From: Octopus sinensis
Lineage: Eukaryota
NCBI RefSeq assembly: GCF_006345805.1
Contig: NC_043001.1
Location: forward strand, 27,094,001-27,158,000
Length of the DNA: 64,000 nucleotides
Direction of reading: 5' to 3'
In this document: positions 12,828-26,783 of the stretch, one piece after another
How positions within the stretch are numbered: position 1 is the first letter of the stretch
How the letters are laid out: every line of letters begins with the position of its first letter
Notes under the pieces: generated by a model
Database searches by the model: none
Seen by the model: only the letters and a program-made list of their open reading frames with translations
What the model was told of the DNA's origin: nothing
Position numbers and translations under genes: made by a program

Positions 12828-13826
12828 CGTGAACAATTTACCATTTCTGTGGTGCCTCCTTCCCTCACGTGCTTATTTGCTTCGTGGTTAATCCAGCGCT
12901 GAAACAATGAAGTTTAGGGTTAAATGAATGAGAGGCGTTCCAGCAATTACCATCCCGTCTTTCTTTCTTCAAGCAATGTCTGTAGGACTACGTGATATAA
13001 CGTATTCCTTTCTCCTTTTATTTTTTGAGGCGGCAGGGGTACAGTTTGAAGGGATTTAACTATTGTTTCCAGCATGTCGGGTAAAGACGCAAGGATTCCC
13101 TTAGTGACTTATGATAGATTTTGTAGATAAAATGTGTGGTGGTATCTTGTGTGTGTGTGTGTGTGTGATTGTGTGTGCGTGTGATTGTGTGCTGGCAAAC
13201 AGACAAGTTCATTTATTTAATATATGCTTGAAACAAGGATTCCTCTATGGGTATGGAGTATGTTCACATCCACCACCACCCTACTGCAAAAGCAAAGATT
13301 TTGAACAATTTTTCAAGTGAAATTATGCAAAAGAATTTGACATTCAATCCTACTACCAAAAAGGAATGCACGTAGTGAATGAAGTCTGCAACCTCTGGTG
13401 GTCTTTGACATGAGATGGATATGATAAACATTTTAGTTAAGAGATTTTTAATCTAATCCAGATAATTTTTTTACTAATCTATCATAAGATCATCCTTTCT
13501 CTCCACCTTGGTTCTTCCTTCTCCTAATTCTGTATTCAACCTAAAAATAAAGGGAAAACGCTGTCGCCAAAATGATAATACTCTTAATTAACTGAACCTG
13601 GAAAAGTACAGGACAAAAAGAAGTAGAAACATAAAAATATTGTAGCTAATGTTGAAACTTAAATTCTATAAAATGGCTATTAGGTGGGTGTAGATGGAAA
13701 ATGAAAGGAAAAGACTGAAAGGTAAGACTAACTGTCCCTTGGGCGCAGGACCGACGCTAAACCCCTACAACACCATGTTAAAATCAAAGTTTGTCTTTGA
13801 AAGTTGCCGGGATTATAAAAGTGCTC

Positions 13827-13996
13827 GGCGTAACTTCGGTAAAGGTACCGGAAGTACCGGATAAATTTCAAGAAAGTGTTTTTTTATATATATGGGGGTG
13901 GGGGTGGGGTTAGGGTTAGGGTTGGGAGAAAAGGGTTTCTGTTATCTTCAGAAATGTAAACAAAGGCACTTACGGTACCTATACCGAAGGATCGCC
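13827..13996. mobile_element. 170-bp MITE with GG-terminal TIRs, 8-bp TSD and internal (TTAGGG)-like tract (Merlin-like, family 2)
   Basis: TSD aagtgctc at 13819-13826 and 13997-14004; imperfect 24-bp TIRs GGCG(taac/atcc)TTCGGTA(a/t)AGGTACCG. Confidence 0.75.
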
Positions 13997-15564
13997 AAGT
14001 GCTCTTTTAATCATATCTGGATGTTTTACTTATTGAAATTTGGTACAGACTTAAATAAACCTAACTTGTACTTTTAAAGATGTTCTTTAGGGTAACGTGA
14101 AATATTGAACTTCAGATACTATAAAGTAAAATATAACTATGAATAAAAATTGCGTAGATTATGAATTTTGATTGAAGGGATGGGGCCTCGAAACAAAAAG
14201 TTGCAAGGGATCTCTAAAAATCACGCGACGGAACTGCTTGGGCGACACGTTGGCAATGTTTTTAAATCTGAAGGGCCATTTTCTTCTCACCCTGTCATGT
14301 ACATATCTAAGTGAGATCATAGCTTATGGTTTATGTTGAGTCTGAGAATAGGAGTTTCTGGATATCAAGAGCCGAAGTTTGTTCGATTTCCAGAGTTTCA
14401 TGAGCACAGATTTTTAATCTGTTTCTAACGAGGATAAATTTTCATTTTTTAGTGAAAGGTAAATTCCACATCATTTATCTCTCCATTCTTCTGAGCTGCC
14501 TGGCTATTTATCTGTTACTAGGCAAGTTTCTAGTCACTCTTCCTCACCTCCAGATGAGCTCGCATTTCTGTATTCCTGAAAGTCATCTCAGTTATAATTA
14601 GAAAAACATGAGAGGGAGGTAGTTGAGCATCCTTAGATTTTAAAATACCATGCTATATCTCCATCATATACGAGTGTTTCAACCCCCAGCCAACAGCCAC
14701 CATATTTTATAGGGAATAAATATAGGAAGTTCCGTATAACTCATTTTTTTTCACAGGTGTTTGAAATTAAAGAAGTCATACTTTTACATTTGAATGAAAC
14801 TTTAAAACATATTTCTTTCTGATTCCAAATTTAGCTGCAATATTTCAAAGCTTCCACTTGTTCTGTTAATCAAGAGTATTATACCTCACGCACCCTCATT
14901 TTCCTGGCTAGTTCATACTTTTTTCTTTCTTTTCTTCTCTGCCGCCAACACGTTTTATAGCCCGAAATAATTGCTGCTGAGACAATATTGAAAATTTATA
15001 AACGATAAAAAAAATTGGGATATTTTTCAATATAAGGGGATATTTTTCGGCATATAAGTTTTAAGTGTTTCAAATGATAACAATTTAAATATGATGATTT
15101 ATCCATCTGCTTTTCAATCCTCACAAATTCCCTCGGCTATGATAAACACTGCTATAATATATCCGGGATGTAAATCGGATTAAAAGTAAAGACTAAAAAA
15201 CGAGCCAAGAAGTAGGGAACGTTCTTTTTTTTCAGTTCAGAATAGGAACCAGCTACAATTCCATAAGAATTTTTGAAGGTGCATCTATTGAGAAAAATAG
15301 TGTATCTTAATTTTTTACAAATTTACATCAGATTACTGTTACGACTTGAAGGCTTAGACGGTTTTTGGAAACGATTTGAAACAGTTAAAACTTCCACACT
15401 ACGCCGAAGAAAGTCGGATTACTCTTTATGAAAAAAACTCTTTCGTTTTTTTCATAAATTAATTGAGAGGGGAACAACAAATTTACCTCATATTTTTGTA
15501 TAGGTTACTTGGGGGAGAGGAAACAACTGTGCTGATGCATTCCCTATTTCTGTGAAGCGAGAAT

Positions 15565-15972
15565 GGATCTTTTCGGTTTGAACGGCAGTTTTTAACATAA
15601 TTTGTAGGTAACTAAAAAATTTTAAACTTCGTATACTGGTAGAATGTGTTTATAAAACATCTTTTTCTCTTGGCTTTATTGAGAAAATTCTATAGTTTGT
15701 AAGATATTTGTTGTTGTTTTTCTTCAATTTCTGCAATTTCAACCAATCACTGACGTCCATTGAGGTAAACGACATTCTGTGCCGTATGAATATGTCCCTC
15801 GTTTAAGAAACAGATTGGGTTTATATATATTTCTGAAGAAAAAAAGATACCCTAACCCTAACTAACCCTAAAATAGATTGAAATGCACTAGATCGATACT
15901 AGGGTCATAATTATGGATGACAATTTCATATGACACCGCTAGAAAAAACTGCCGTTCAAACTGAAAAGATCT
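15565..15972. mobile_element. About 410-bp MITE, Merlin-like family 1, copy 1
   Basis: TIR ggatcttttcggtttgaacggcagtttt and its near reverse complement; 8-bp TSD gcgagaat. Confidence 0.85.
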
Positions 15973-16282
15973 GCGAGAATTGTTATTGCGATGGCCGGTG
16001 GATAGAGTTATTCTTAAAAGATTGAAATTTGGGAAAAAAATATTTTTCAAAGCTTTGGCTACTATTTCTAGCATGTCGAGTAACCACATTTAGGACTCCT
16101 TCATTTCATTTGTTGGTTCAACAGACATCGTACCAGTCAAGTACTGTAGGTAGATGTTATTGACTACTTCCCCTCCCCCAAAATTTCTGGTTGCAGATAA
16201 GATTTTATGGACTCTAAATTTCATTTTATTCACTTCTTGTAACTCCTCTTTATAGACACTTAAATATTACTCTTATTAATAA

Positions 16283-16788
16283 CTAGCTTAAAAGCCACAC
16301 TCCGTGCGGATTTTAAAGCTAGCTCCTGCTAAATAGCATGACTATACTACATCTGTGATGACTATATGTCCCGGTGGTGTTTGATCTGAGGTTAAGGACG
16401 GATGAGAATTAATTCTGTACTACAATCACTGAATCGTTTCATTCTCAAGTTGGATTTCATTCGTTGGCCAATTTGAGCCAAAGTTCTTATCTCGATGTAA
16501 AATTAAGGAAGCTAATGTCATTTATCTCCCCCTTGATCTCTGACTTCATCTGACAAATGCCAAGCAAGATGGCATGAATCAGCCAAGCTTTACCCGCTAG
16601 AAATAGCAACCCAGATGCTTTTAAATCAGTCTCAATACTGGATGTCCAAGAACTAAATGAAGGGTAGATTTTCAACCCTGGGATCATCCTGATTCCGAGA
16701 AATTATAATATGTCTATGTAGAGCAAATGTAGACTGAGATACCAGGGTCCCAGACAGACAGACAAAATTTTGCTTTTATTATTATAGA
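16283..16788 (-). mobile_element. Non-autonomous Helitron
   Basis: The minus strand starts A|TCtataataataaaagcaaaattttgtctgtc and ends with hairpin ccgcac-gga-gtgtgg and gCTAG|T. Confidence 0.6.
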
Positions 16789-16794
16789 TATTCT

Positions 16795-17295
16795 TTACTA
16801 CTCTAGTCACGAGGGCCGAAATTTTGGGAAAGGGAGCCAGTCGATCAGATCAACCCCAGTACGCAACTGGTACTTAATTTATCGACACCGAAAGGATGAA
16901 AGGCAAAGTCGACCTCGGCGGAATTTGAACTCAGAACGTAAAGACAGACGAAATACCTATTTCTTTATTACCCACAAGGGGCTAAACATAGAGGGAACAA
17001 ACAAGGACAGACATAAGTATTAAGTCGATTACATCGACCCCAGTGCGTAAATGGTACTTAATTTATCGACCCCGAAAGGATGAAAGGCAAAGTCGACCTC
17101 GGCGGAATTTGAACTCAGAACGTAACGGCAGACGAAATACCGCTAAGCATTTCGCCCGGCGTGCCAACGTTTCTGCCAGCTTGCCGCCATTATTCTTTTC
17201 TATTCTAGGCACAAGGCCCGAAATTTTGGGGGAGGGGGCCAGTCGATCAAATCGACCCCAGTACGCAACTGGTACTTAATTTATCGACCCCGAAA
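16795..17295 (-). mobile_element. SINE family A cluster (dimer plus partial copy)
   Basis: The reverse complement of the family A core occurs three times; head ends ...ctgccagcttgccgcc at 17188. Confidence 0.85.
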
Positions 17296-18447
17296 GTTCT
17301 GTTGAACTGCTACTTGAAATTTGGCTATGGTGGATCGAATCCACTTCATGCCTGCAAGATCCACTACAAACCTATAGTTGAATCCCTCAATGTTAATGAC
17401 CGATTTAAATAACTCTCCGCGTCCAGATATCATTATACTAAAATATTGCCGTTAGGCACCGGACAAAATGCTTAGCGGCATTTCATCAGGTTCTTTATGT
17501 TCTGAGTTTAAATGCAACCAAGGTCGACTTTGCTTTCATCCTTTTGTAATGGATAAAATAAATACCAGTTGAGCACCGAGGTTGATGTAATTGACTTAGC
17601 CTCCCCTTAAAATTATTGGTCTTGAGCTAAAATTAGAAAGAATTTTATTTAAAGATCCCGAACTATTGGCGTCGTTTTAAATTACATATATAACCAATCT
17701 CCGACTGTTAGCAAATCTCTTTAACCGCTCTGCAGATCCTGTTTAATTTAAACATTCTCGACAACAAGAACTGCATACTAAAGCAAATGACTTTATCAAA
17801 ACAATGTCTTTTATATATATATTTTCTTCTCACTGTTTCTACCCGCCTTGTGAATGACGGCTGCTTTAACCTTGGAGTTTTAGCATAACATATCAGGTTA
17901 CATAAAACATTGAGTCAATAGTTGTTACATAACAGGCTGCGATTACATTTTATTTTCATATCTTGACTGTTTGGTGATCAAGTTTTTGCTATTGAGTTGT
18001 CCAAATTAGCTCATATCAAGACCTACGATAAGAGGCATTCCAGTTGCGACCATCCTGTCATTTTCTACATCTATGATGACATAGCCCAATACATCCCTTG
18101 TATATTTGGAATAGTAGGGCATGATGTGAGGGCTGTTATTTCAAACAAATCGAACGACGGTGGAACAAAGGTGGGTGACCCTTTTTTAGTACCAGGGGCT
18201 AATTGTAAGTGCTCAAGAATCTGTGCAAAACGCTCTGTGCTGAGAAAACTAACGAATCCTTAATTCTATAAATTTCTAAATATGCAATTTATTTTACAGT
18301 TTGGTGTTGGGGATTAAGACATATTTATTCTTTCTTGTGTTTTTAGAGACTTCGTCGGCGAACAGTTTCAAGTATACCATAGTTACTCATATATAAGTTA
18401 CACGAGTATTTCCTTCACACACCTGGATTACTGTTAAGTCTTGGTAC

Positions 18448-18654
18448 ACTCTTTACTCTTTTACTCTTTTACTCGTTTCAGTCATTTGACTGCGGCCATG
18501 CTGGAGCACCGCCTTTAATCGAGCAACTCGACCCCGGCACTTATTCTTTGTAAGCCCAGTACTTATTCTATCGGTCTCTTTTGCCGAACCACTAAGTGAC
18601 GGGGACATAAACACACCAGCATCGGTTGTCAAGCAATGCTAGGGGAACAAACAC

Positions 18655-18703
<49 letters not shown>

Positions 18704-18870
18704 CATATATACGACGGGCTTCTTTCAGTTTCCGTCTACCAAATCCACTCACAAGGCTTTGGTCGGCCCGAGGCTATAGTAGAAGACACTTGCCCAATGT
18801 GCCACGCAGTGGGACTGAACCCGGAACCATGTGGTTCGTAAACAAGCTACTTACCACACAGCCACTCCTG
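18448..18870 (-). mobile_element. SINE family B
   Basis: Near-complete reverse-complement copy with (ctctttta)n tail at the left end. Confidence 0.85.
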
Positions 18871-19580
18871 TCTCTTTTCTTTCATAAACTTTGCCTCGTG
18901 TATTGGTCGCACCCCAGTTGAAATCAAGTATAAAATAGTATGACTTTATACAATACGATAACTGTAGGCAAAATAAAGTCCACCAAACGAGACGTTTGCT
19001 ACCCATGGCGCTGAGGCTCCTTGGTTGACACGTGGTCATGAAGTTGTAAAACTAGCCAAGGAAATGAGAACACTTACGTCGATACATAGAAAGAATAGGT
19101 TTAAAGCCAGTTGTAAAGACATGAAAACCGCTTTTGTCAAAGGTTTTTCAAAAGAAATCGGAAGAAACATAGTTCTATATGCTAATTTAAAAGGACGGTT
19201 TTCTTATGTTTCAGTCTAATACTACTACTACCACCACCACCACCACCACCACCACTACTACTACTACTAGGATGACGGCGACCACCACCGCAACCACGAC
19301 CACTATACTAATACTGCCGCTGCTACATAGTGGAATATGTAAAAGTTTTCTCGCTTTATTTTGGTTTCCGAGTATTCCTTTTAAACTAAATCGGAGAATT
19401 GCACCTTACATTGTGGTAAAAAAAGAAAGAGACTTTGGTACAAAACCATGAAATACCGAGCTAAGGACCCATGTTATTCATCTCTTTATCATGTATGTCA
19501 TTGCAACCAGCTTGGAAACTCTCAAAGTTATTTCTTAATTAATTACATACTTCGCATAGCCATCTACGAACCATCGAAAC

Positions 19581-19940
19581 GTATATACACAGTCAATAGG
19601 CCAGTTACTGCAGTATTTGTCATGAGATAGCATCTTTTACGGACATGCCGTTTTAAAAACGCAATAAGTATTGAAGGTAGACAAAAGTTCGTCCCAGCAG
19701 CGGCCAGCGAGAGCGTCAAATGCATTTCGAACTTTTTGGCGGCTATTTACAGCTAGCCATATGCTCGGACAAGAATTCGTTGCCTCCAGTATAATACATA
19801 CATCTCGCATTTTCATTAGCTGCTGCAGGGATGAATCTTCATCTCCCTCCGATATTATTGTGCTTTAACACAGCACCACTATAAGTGATGACATATCAGA
19901 ATCAATACTGCAGTAACTGGCCTATTAACAGTGTATATAC
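19581..19940. mobile_element. 360-bp MITE with about 37-bp TIRs (Tc1/mariner-like, TA context)
   Basis: gtatatacacagtcaataggccagttactgcagtatt (19581-19617) versus aatactgcagtaactggcctattaacagtgtatatac (19904-19940). Confidence 0.7.
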
Positions 19941-20455
19941 ATCAAATATGACATAGACAGCTGTTTTAATTCAATTCTGCCTTAATTGCGTATACCGGAC
20001 ATAACTGAATTGGAAAATCAGCTGGCAGTAGAGAATAAATAGTGTCAGCTGTAATTACTGATGGATGTTTCAATCTATGGTATCACAATATTGGCAGAAT
20101 TATATATACTCTGATGTGATATGAGGCAACGAAAAAGCCTCAATGATCTCGCTCGATGTACTAAAATAGAAACCAAATCTCCCTCAGATCATACCCCACT
20201 CTCTTAAAATGGACTATACACTAGACGATTTACTATTATCATAAGCAGTCCTTCGGTAATAGCTTTCAACTACGTTTTCTCAGTATCTTGGGAGAGAGAG
20301 AGGAAGGAAGGGAGGGAGAGAGAGAGTGAGAGGGGACGTTATCTAAAGAGCTGAAAAGACAGCGAAACCAGTCAGTTCGATTCTCATCCCAAACCGAAAA
20401 TGTGCTCATGAGCATAACTTTTCAAAAACATCAAATACATACATACATACATACA

Positions 20456-20486
<31 letters not shown>

Positions 20487-20520
20487 CAAATATATTAAAA
20501 AAAGAGCAAAAATAACCGAT

Positions 20521-20680
20521 GAAATTATCTGGTCTAATCCGATCTTTAATTCACAAGAAAAATTCAAAGCAGACCAGGAATTCTTCGCAGCATTAGGTAG
20601 ACATTTCCTCAAATTTTCCAAATATCACAAAATCATAAACAGACACAATGTAAAACTAGCATACGCAACTTCCCACTATC
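20521..20680 (+). mobile_element. Penelope-like element fragment, post-RT region
   Basis: Frame EIIWSNPIFNSQEKFKADQEFFAALGRHFLKFSKYHKIINRHNVKLAYA matches the PLE motif IIWFNPP.....F...L.KHF....YHKI.NRNxVKISYS as recalled. Confidence 0.65.
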
Positions 20681-21017
20681 TGCAGTACCACATATACAGA
20701 CTAAACAGCACAGAACTAAATAGAATAAAGCCAGAGGAGATATATAAACCAACCAAATCAGTGAAGTCGACAGCAGTTACTCAAAACACTTTTCAGAATT
20801 TGCTCTAATCTTCTTCAAGGGTAAACATTTGTGATAAGATGGCAATGACCAGTCGAAGGTGGTAGAGTTCTTTTTGAATGCGTCCTGCAAAGAGAACTCT
20901 TCGGGTTAACTACCGGATCTATTTAAACAGTGAAGCAATATATGTTCAATAAACATACGCAAACTCATTTACAATTCATCCAGACACAAACACTCGTTAT
21001 TGTGAGTGTAACAGAAT

Positions 21018-21083
<66 letters not shown>

Positions 21084-21267
21084 TTAGGCAGAGAATAATC
21101 GGAATTATTCGAAGTAAGTAATGGCGCCAAATTTGTAAAAATAGCAGTGCTTAGGGCTGCAAATGTTGTGAAACCAGCAGTGCTTGAAATCTGAAAACTG
21201 CCGACATTTTCTTGTCAGTTTCATCTAGAATATTTCTCTCACCAACGAAGATCTTTGCTCAAAACGC

Positions 21268-21679
21268 GGATCTTTTCGGTTTGAACGGCAGTTTTTAATA
21301 TAATTTCTAGGTAACTAAAAAATTTTAAACTTCGTATACTGATAGAATGTATTTATAAAACATCTTTTTCTCTTGGCTTTATTGAGAAAATTCTATAGTT
21401 TGTAAGATATTTGTTGTTGTTTTTTCTTCAATTTCTGCAATTTCAACCAATCACTGACGTCCATTGAGGTAAACAACATTCTGTGCCGTATGAATATGTC
21501 CCTCGTTTAAAAAACAGATTGGGTTTATTTACATTTGTGAAGAAAAAAAGATACCCTTCCACCCACCCCTAACCCTAACATAGATTGAAATGCAATAGAT
21601 CGATACTACGGTCATAATTATGGGTGACAATTTCCTATGACGCCGCTAGAAAAAACTGCCGTTCAAACCGAAAAGATCC
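21268..21679. mobile_element. Merlin-like MITE family 1, copy 2
   Basis: TIRs as in copy 1; TSD caaaacgc at 21260-21267 and 21680-21687. Confidence 0.85.
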
Positions 21680-22960
21680 CAAAACGCCAGGTTTCTCGTT
21701 CCATTTCACCATACAAATTTCTTCAGCTTTACTAACTTCATGTTATAATTTTATTTCTGACGCAAACCACCAACAGTCTTTTAAGATTCTGGTTTTTACA
21801 GTTCGTATTCAGCAGAGCTTACTCCTCAGTATGGGACAGTAGAGAACATAACTGGAATGACTGATTTGCAGTTTTAACTTAGACTAACAAAGTGGCGAAA
21901 AGCGACCGCACTAAAAAAGTTTCGAATAAGAGTGGAACACAACCGCTAAGTACGGAAAATTTCTTTATAATACTGGAAGAGTATGCACAAAAAAAGAAAT
22001 ACATGATATAAAGGTTCGTGATCGTATCTGATTGACTAGAAGAGACTTTGTGAGTGTCTTATATGAATGGTTTTTCCCGTGCTAGGAAGACCGAGTCGGG
22101 TACTAATTACTATGGCGAATGCATCACTATTTTTTTTACTGTAGATCAAGAATTTGTATAGTTTCACATTTCGAGACAGATATCTGCAAAAAAAGGAACA
22201 GCATCTAATTCCTTGGTGATTTTTTTGAGAATAACAGCAGGTTTGATGACAGAAGAATTTAAAGATAAGATTATCGAGATGGATTAAGGTAGATTTGGAG
22301 GTAGGAATTTCATTGGAGATTTTTTGACATTGAAATCAAAGGAAAAGGAAAATAAAAAAGAATTGACAAAGTATTTCGACATCGGTCCATTTAGTTATTA
22401 ATTTGTTTGTTTGTTTGTTTCATTACATATTTTTTAATGTCCCCTTCTTGCCAACATCATAGTTCAAAATTTCAGGATTTTGCCCAAATATTTTTTTATT
22501 CATGAATATTGTTTTACTTCACCACGAGGTCCATTCATTGTTTCAGCGTCATGGCTTGTGTGCCTCAGTGAGCCTAAAACCCTATGCCAGCAGAGACCAA
22601 GCTATTGATAGGGTCTCCCATACTGGATAGATCAAATGATAGAGACCACACTAATATTGACCGCCTCTTCCCAGAGGTTGTTTGTGTATGGGCAACACCC
22701 CTTCCTAGAAAAAAGTAGCTACAGAACATCAATGACAATTCAAAATCAAGAAAACCTGGGAGAGAAAAAGACAGCCCATAGTCGGGAATAAAGGAGAAAT
22801 AGATGAGATGACCTATGCACCATAGCGAGCGAAGAGTTTAAAAAGACGAATATATTTTCAATGGCATTATATCGCTCTGCTTTGGAAACTTTTATTTCAA
22901 ATAATTGTTGACAAAGATCCGGAGAAATTGTCTTCACCTCAATAGTTGTCATTGGTTGGT

Positions 22961-23533
22961 TGAAATTGCCGAACTGCAAGAAATTAAACAACAAATAGCT
23001 TACAAACCACAGAATTTTCTCAAGAAAGCCAAGAGAAAAAGATGTTTTATCTAACACATTCTACCAGTATACGAAGTTTAAAAGTGTTTAGTTACAAAGA
23101 AATTACTTTAAAAATCTGCCGGTCAAAGCGAAAAGATCCGAGATATGTTTCAAGGATCTATCTACTTTTTCGATATTTCTCTGTAGTTATGATATAATAA
23201 GTCTCACTAAATGGGTTATTTTAAATTCCAATGAATTATTCTTACTTGAAATTGCCGAAATGCAAGAAATTAAACAACAAATAGCATACAAACTACAGAA
23301 TTTTCTCAAGAAAGCCAAGAGAAAAAGATGTTTTATCTAACACATTCTACCAGTATACGAAGTTTAAAAGTGTTTAGTTACAAAGAAATTATTTTAAAAA
23401 TCTGCCGGTCAAAGCGAAAAGATCCGAGATATGTTTCAAGGATCTATCTACTTTTTTGATATTTCTCTGTAGCTTTGATATAATAATTCTCACTAAATGG
23501 GTTATTTTAAATTCCAATGAATTATTCTTACTT
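22961..23533. repeat. Tandem duplication of about 286 bp: an inverted, truncated family-1 MITE end plus about 100 bp of flank
   Basis: tgaaattgccgaa...aaagcgaaaagatccgagatatg...ttattcttactt occurs at 22961 and 23247. Confidence 0.75.
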
Positions 23534-24006
23534 ATTTTATTAGCAAAAATGTTCGCGCGTAGGAGTTTAGCTTCTCTGTTTGATACACTCAAAACGGACT
23601 ATTGATTTCATAAGCCCATAAAGACACATGTATAAGCATGCAATGAAATGTAACACCAACTTTGCAAACGTAATATAATAACACACTGTATGAGGCAACA
23701 TACAGAAAACAAGAAGAAAAAATATATATATATAAACCGCCGAAATCGACCGTCGCAGTGACATGTCAATACATGTGCACAAGAACGGGGTGTGTTAGGT
23801 TAGCACACTGGGTGCCACGTGATTAACGCTTGAGAGCAGATAGAAATTCGATATGGAAAACTACGAATGTAGAACACCAACAATGAATATTTAATGTTCA
23901 ATAATCCATTAGTTTTGTCGTTTAGTTCCTGGTGAATCTTGATCGAACCGACTTATAATCAAAGGCATTACAACCACGACTACCCCCTATTTTTAGGAGT
24001 ATCTAG

Positions 24007-24408
24007 GGATCTTTTCGGTTTGAACGGCAGTTTTTTCAAATAATTTCCACGTAACTAAACACTTTTAAACTTCGTATACTGGTAGAATGTGTTTATAAAA
24101 CATCTTTTTCTCTTGGCTTTATTGAGAAAATTCTATAGTTTGTAAGATATTTGTTGTTGTTTTTCTTCAATTTCTGCAATGACTTCTATTGAGGTGAAAA
24201 CATTCTGTGCCGTATGAATATGTCCCTCGTTTAAGAAACAGATTGGGTTTATTTACATTTGTGAAGAAAAAATGATACCCTTCCCCCAGCCCTAACCCTA
24301 ACCCTAAAATAGATTGAAATGCAATAGATCGATACTAGGGTCATAATTATGGGGGACAATTTCATATGACACCGCTAGAAAAAACTGCCGTTCAAACCGA
24401 AAAGATCT
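24007..24408. mobile_element. Merlin-like MITE family 1, copy 3
   Basis: TSD gtatctag at 23999-24006 and 24409-24416. Confidence 0.85.
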
Positions 24409-25676
24409 GTATCTAGAACTTAAATAACCGTATTGTATTTCTTTAAGAATATAGGATGTGATTAAAGGGAAATTTGATTGCTATTTCTAGCAGGTCGGGT
24501 GACCAAGTAAAAGTTCTCTCGCTGGCTTGTAGAGGTTTCATCGTAAGCCTGTAGAGATTACCTATTGGCACAATACGTATTGGTCAAAATAGAAGGCAGA
24601 AAGTATTCTGGTAATTGAGCAATTTAGTTTTTGCATTCTATTAATGAAAACTTTGGAGTTTTGGAGACAGACGTCCCCTTTCACACACACACACACACAC
24701 ACACTTATATATGATGTACACAAATACTTGACAGGTATACATAATACTGAAATATGCATAAAGTAAACACATGCAGAGAAATATATTAAAATAACAAATT
24801 TTAAAAATGATAAAAACATACAATCAATGAAGAGACAGAAAAAACAGAAAGATGATACATGTTGATTTTATTAGGTATTTCTGTTTAGAAACCTACAATG
24901 AAATTAGGTATTTCTGTTTATTTAGAAACTTACAATGAACAGGTCATTTCACAGATGCCAAACTATAATCTTCACTGGGTACAACCTTAAAGTTGACACC
25001 GATCCGCTAAACGTTGAAAATTTCTGTTTCGTTGTTGACTAAAAATACACAGTTTTTTTTTTTTTTGATTTTAAACCTCTGTAACTTTTTCCTCCAATCC
25101 TTTTCTCCACAACATCATACCTTCATAGCAATAAGAGTGGAAAACTACATTAATATAGCCGATTTTCAGATTTTTTTACTTCCTTTTAAATAATGCAGAT
25201 TTTGTGAACTAGATTCCGCCAAAGCAGTTTCAATGTCCGGTCAGCCGTGGCAAATCGCCAACATCCAAACACTCGCACCCAATCATCTTATTCCAAAGAA
25301 TCAGAGAAATACATAATCTGGATTTAACCCATTTAACTGAGTAGTTGTTTATAAAATGGACCCGTGGCAGATTATATTACTGCTGTGATTTAGAGGAACG
25401 AAAATTGAACAAAATACCACCATGAACTTCGTCAAATACCCTACCCCCAATATAAACTACTCATTTTATTAATAGAATTAACGATATTTAACTATATACA
25501 TAGACATATAAAACAAAGTAGCGGAGCCTTATATCTTGGCTTATATCTTGTTTATTCTTTGGCTTAGTACATATGCCTTTTTGTTTGCTTCTGTGTAGCA
25601 TACTATCCTGCAGTTGTTCGGCTATGAAAATGGTTTAATGAACTGTGATACCAGGTTACTTTAGAATAAGGTATCA

Positions 25677-25737
<61 letters not shown>

Positions 25738-25742
25738 GTCTA

Positions 25743-25775
<33 letters not shown>

Positions 25776-25836
25776 TCACATATTTGTTGTTGTTCTTTTT
25801 GTCAGTATTCTTCTTCTTCTTCTTCTTCTTTTCTTC

Positions 25837-25873
<37 letters not shown>

Positions 25874-26783
25874 GAGTGACAGAGCAGCGCACGCCACCAA
25901 AGTGACATTCGAGTAAAATATACGAAGCCCAGTCTCATATAGGTACACCAGTCACATGCATCAAAGCAATATGTACGCGACATGGTGATCTCATATAAAG
26001 ATAAACAGCACATGACCTTGCAGGTGGGGCCCAGTTAGAATTTTCTTCTGGTCGAGTAACTCATCCCGCTCAAAAGGTCCCTGAATGAGGGTTGTTTAAG
26101 GATATTGAACGAAACACTCATGTTTCTAGAGATGAATTATTAAAACCATAAATACTTCTTCTCAACACATGGTTTTGATGCTACCCCACTACCTCTGCTC
26201 GTGATCAGAGATGCACATATCGTCAGCCATCAAGGGACATACTCAACTAGTTAAGGTTAAATAACTGATAAGCAAATCTGTGGTATTGAACAGAATATTT
26301 GCTGTAACCTATCATCTAAACCAAGACAAAACAAATGTACATAATAACGCTTCCAATCAGTTACGATGAGAGCCAGGGCCTGATACTTATTATTTTTATT
26401 ATTATTGAGTGAGAGAGCAGTGCATGCCATCAAAGTGACCCTGAGGTACAAATATACGAAGCCCAGTGTACCCATCATGACTACCCATCTGATAAGGGTA
26501 CACCAGGCACATGCATCACAACCATATGTGCGCGACATGGTGATCTCATATCAAGATAAACAGCACATGATCTTGCGGGTGGGGCCCAGGTAGAATTTTC
26601 TTCTGGTTGAGTAGCCCATCCCGCTAAAAAGGTCCCTGAATAAGGATTGTTTAAGGATGTTGAACGAAACACCCATGTTTCCAAAGGTGAATTATCCAAA
26701 TCACAAAGAATTCCTCTCAACACATGGCTATAATGCTCCCCCACTACTTTTGCTTGTGATCAGATATGCATATATCGTCAGCC
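25874..26783. mobile_element. Two head-to-tail copies (25874-26386, 26407-26783) of the TAA-embedded 550-bp repeat
   Basis: Both are similar to 508-1041 and are separated by ttattatttttattattatt; the second is truncated where it joins a SINE A through the shared agcc. Confidence 0.8.

Noticed and set aside
17997-18290. Coding-looking unique stretch (88-aa ORF on +, short frames on -)
   Set aside because: No recognisable motif, stops in all minus-strand frames after the candidate acceptor, and no consistent exon boundaries.
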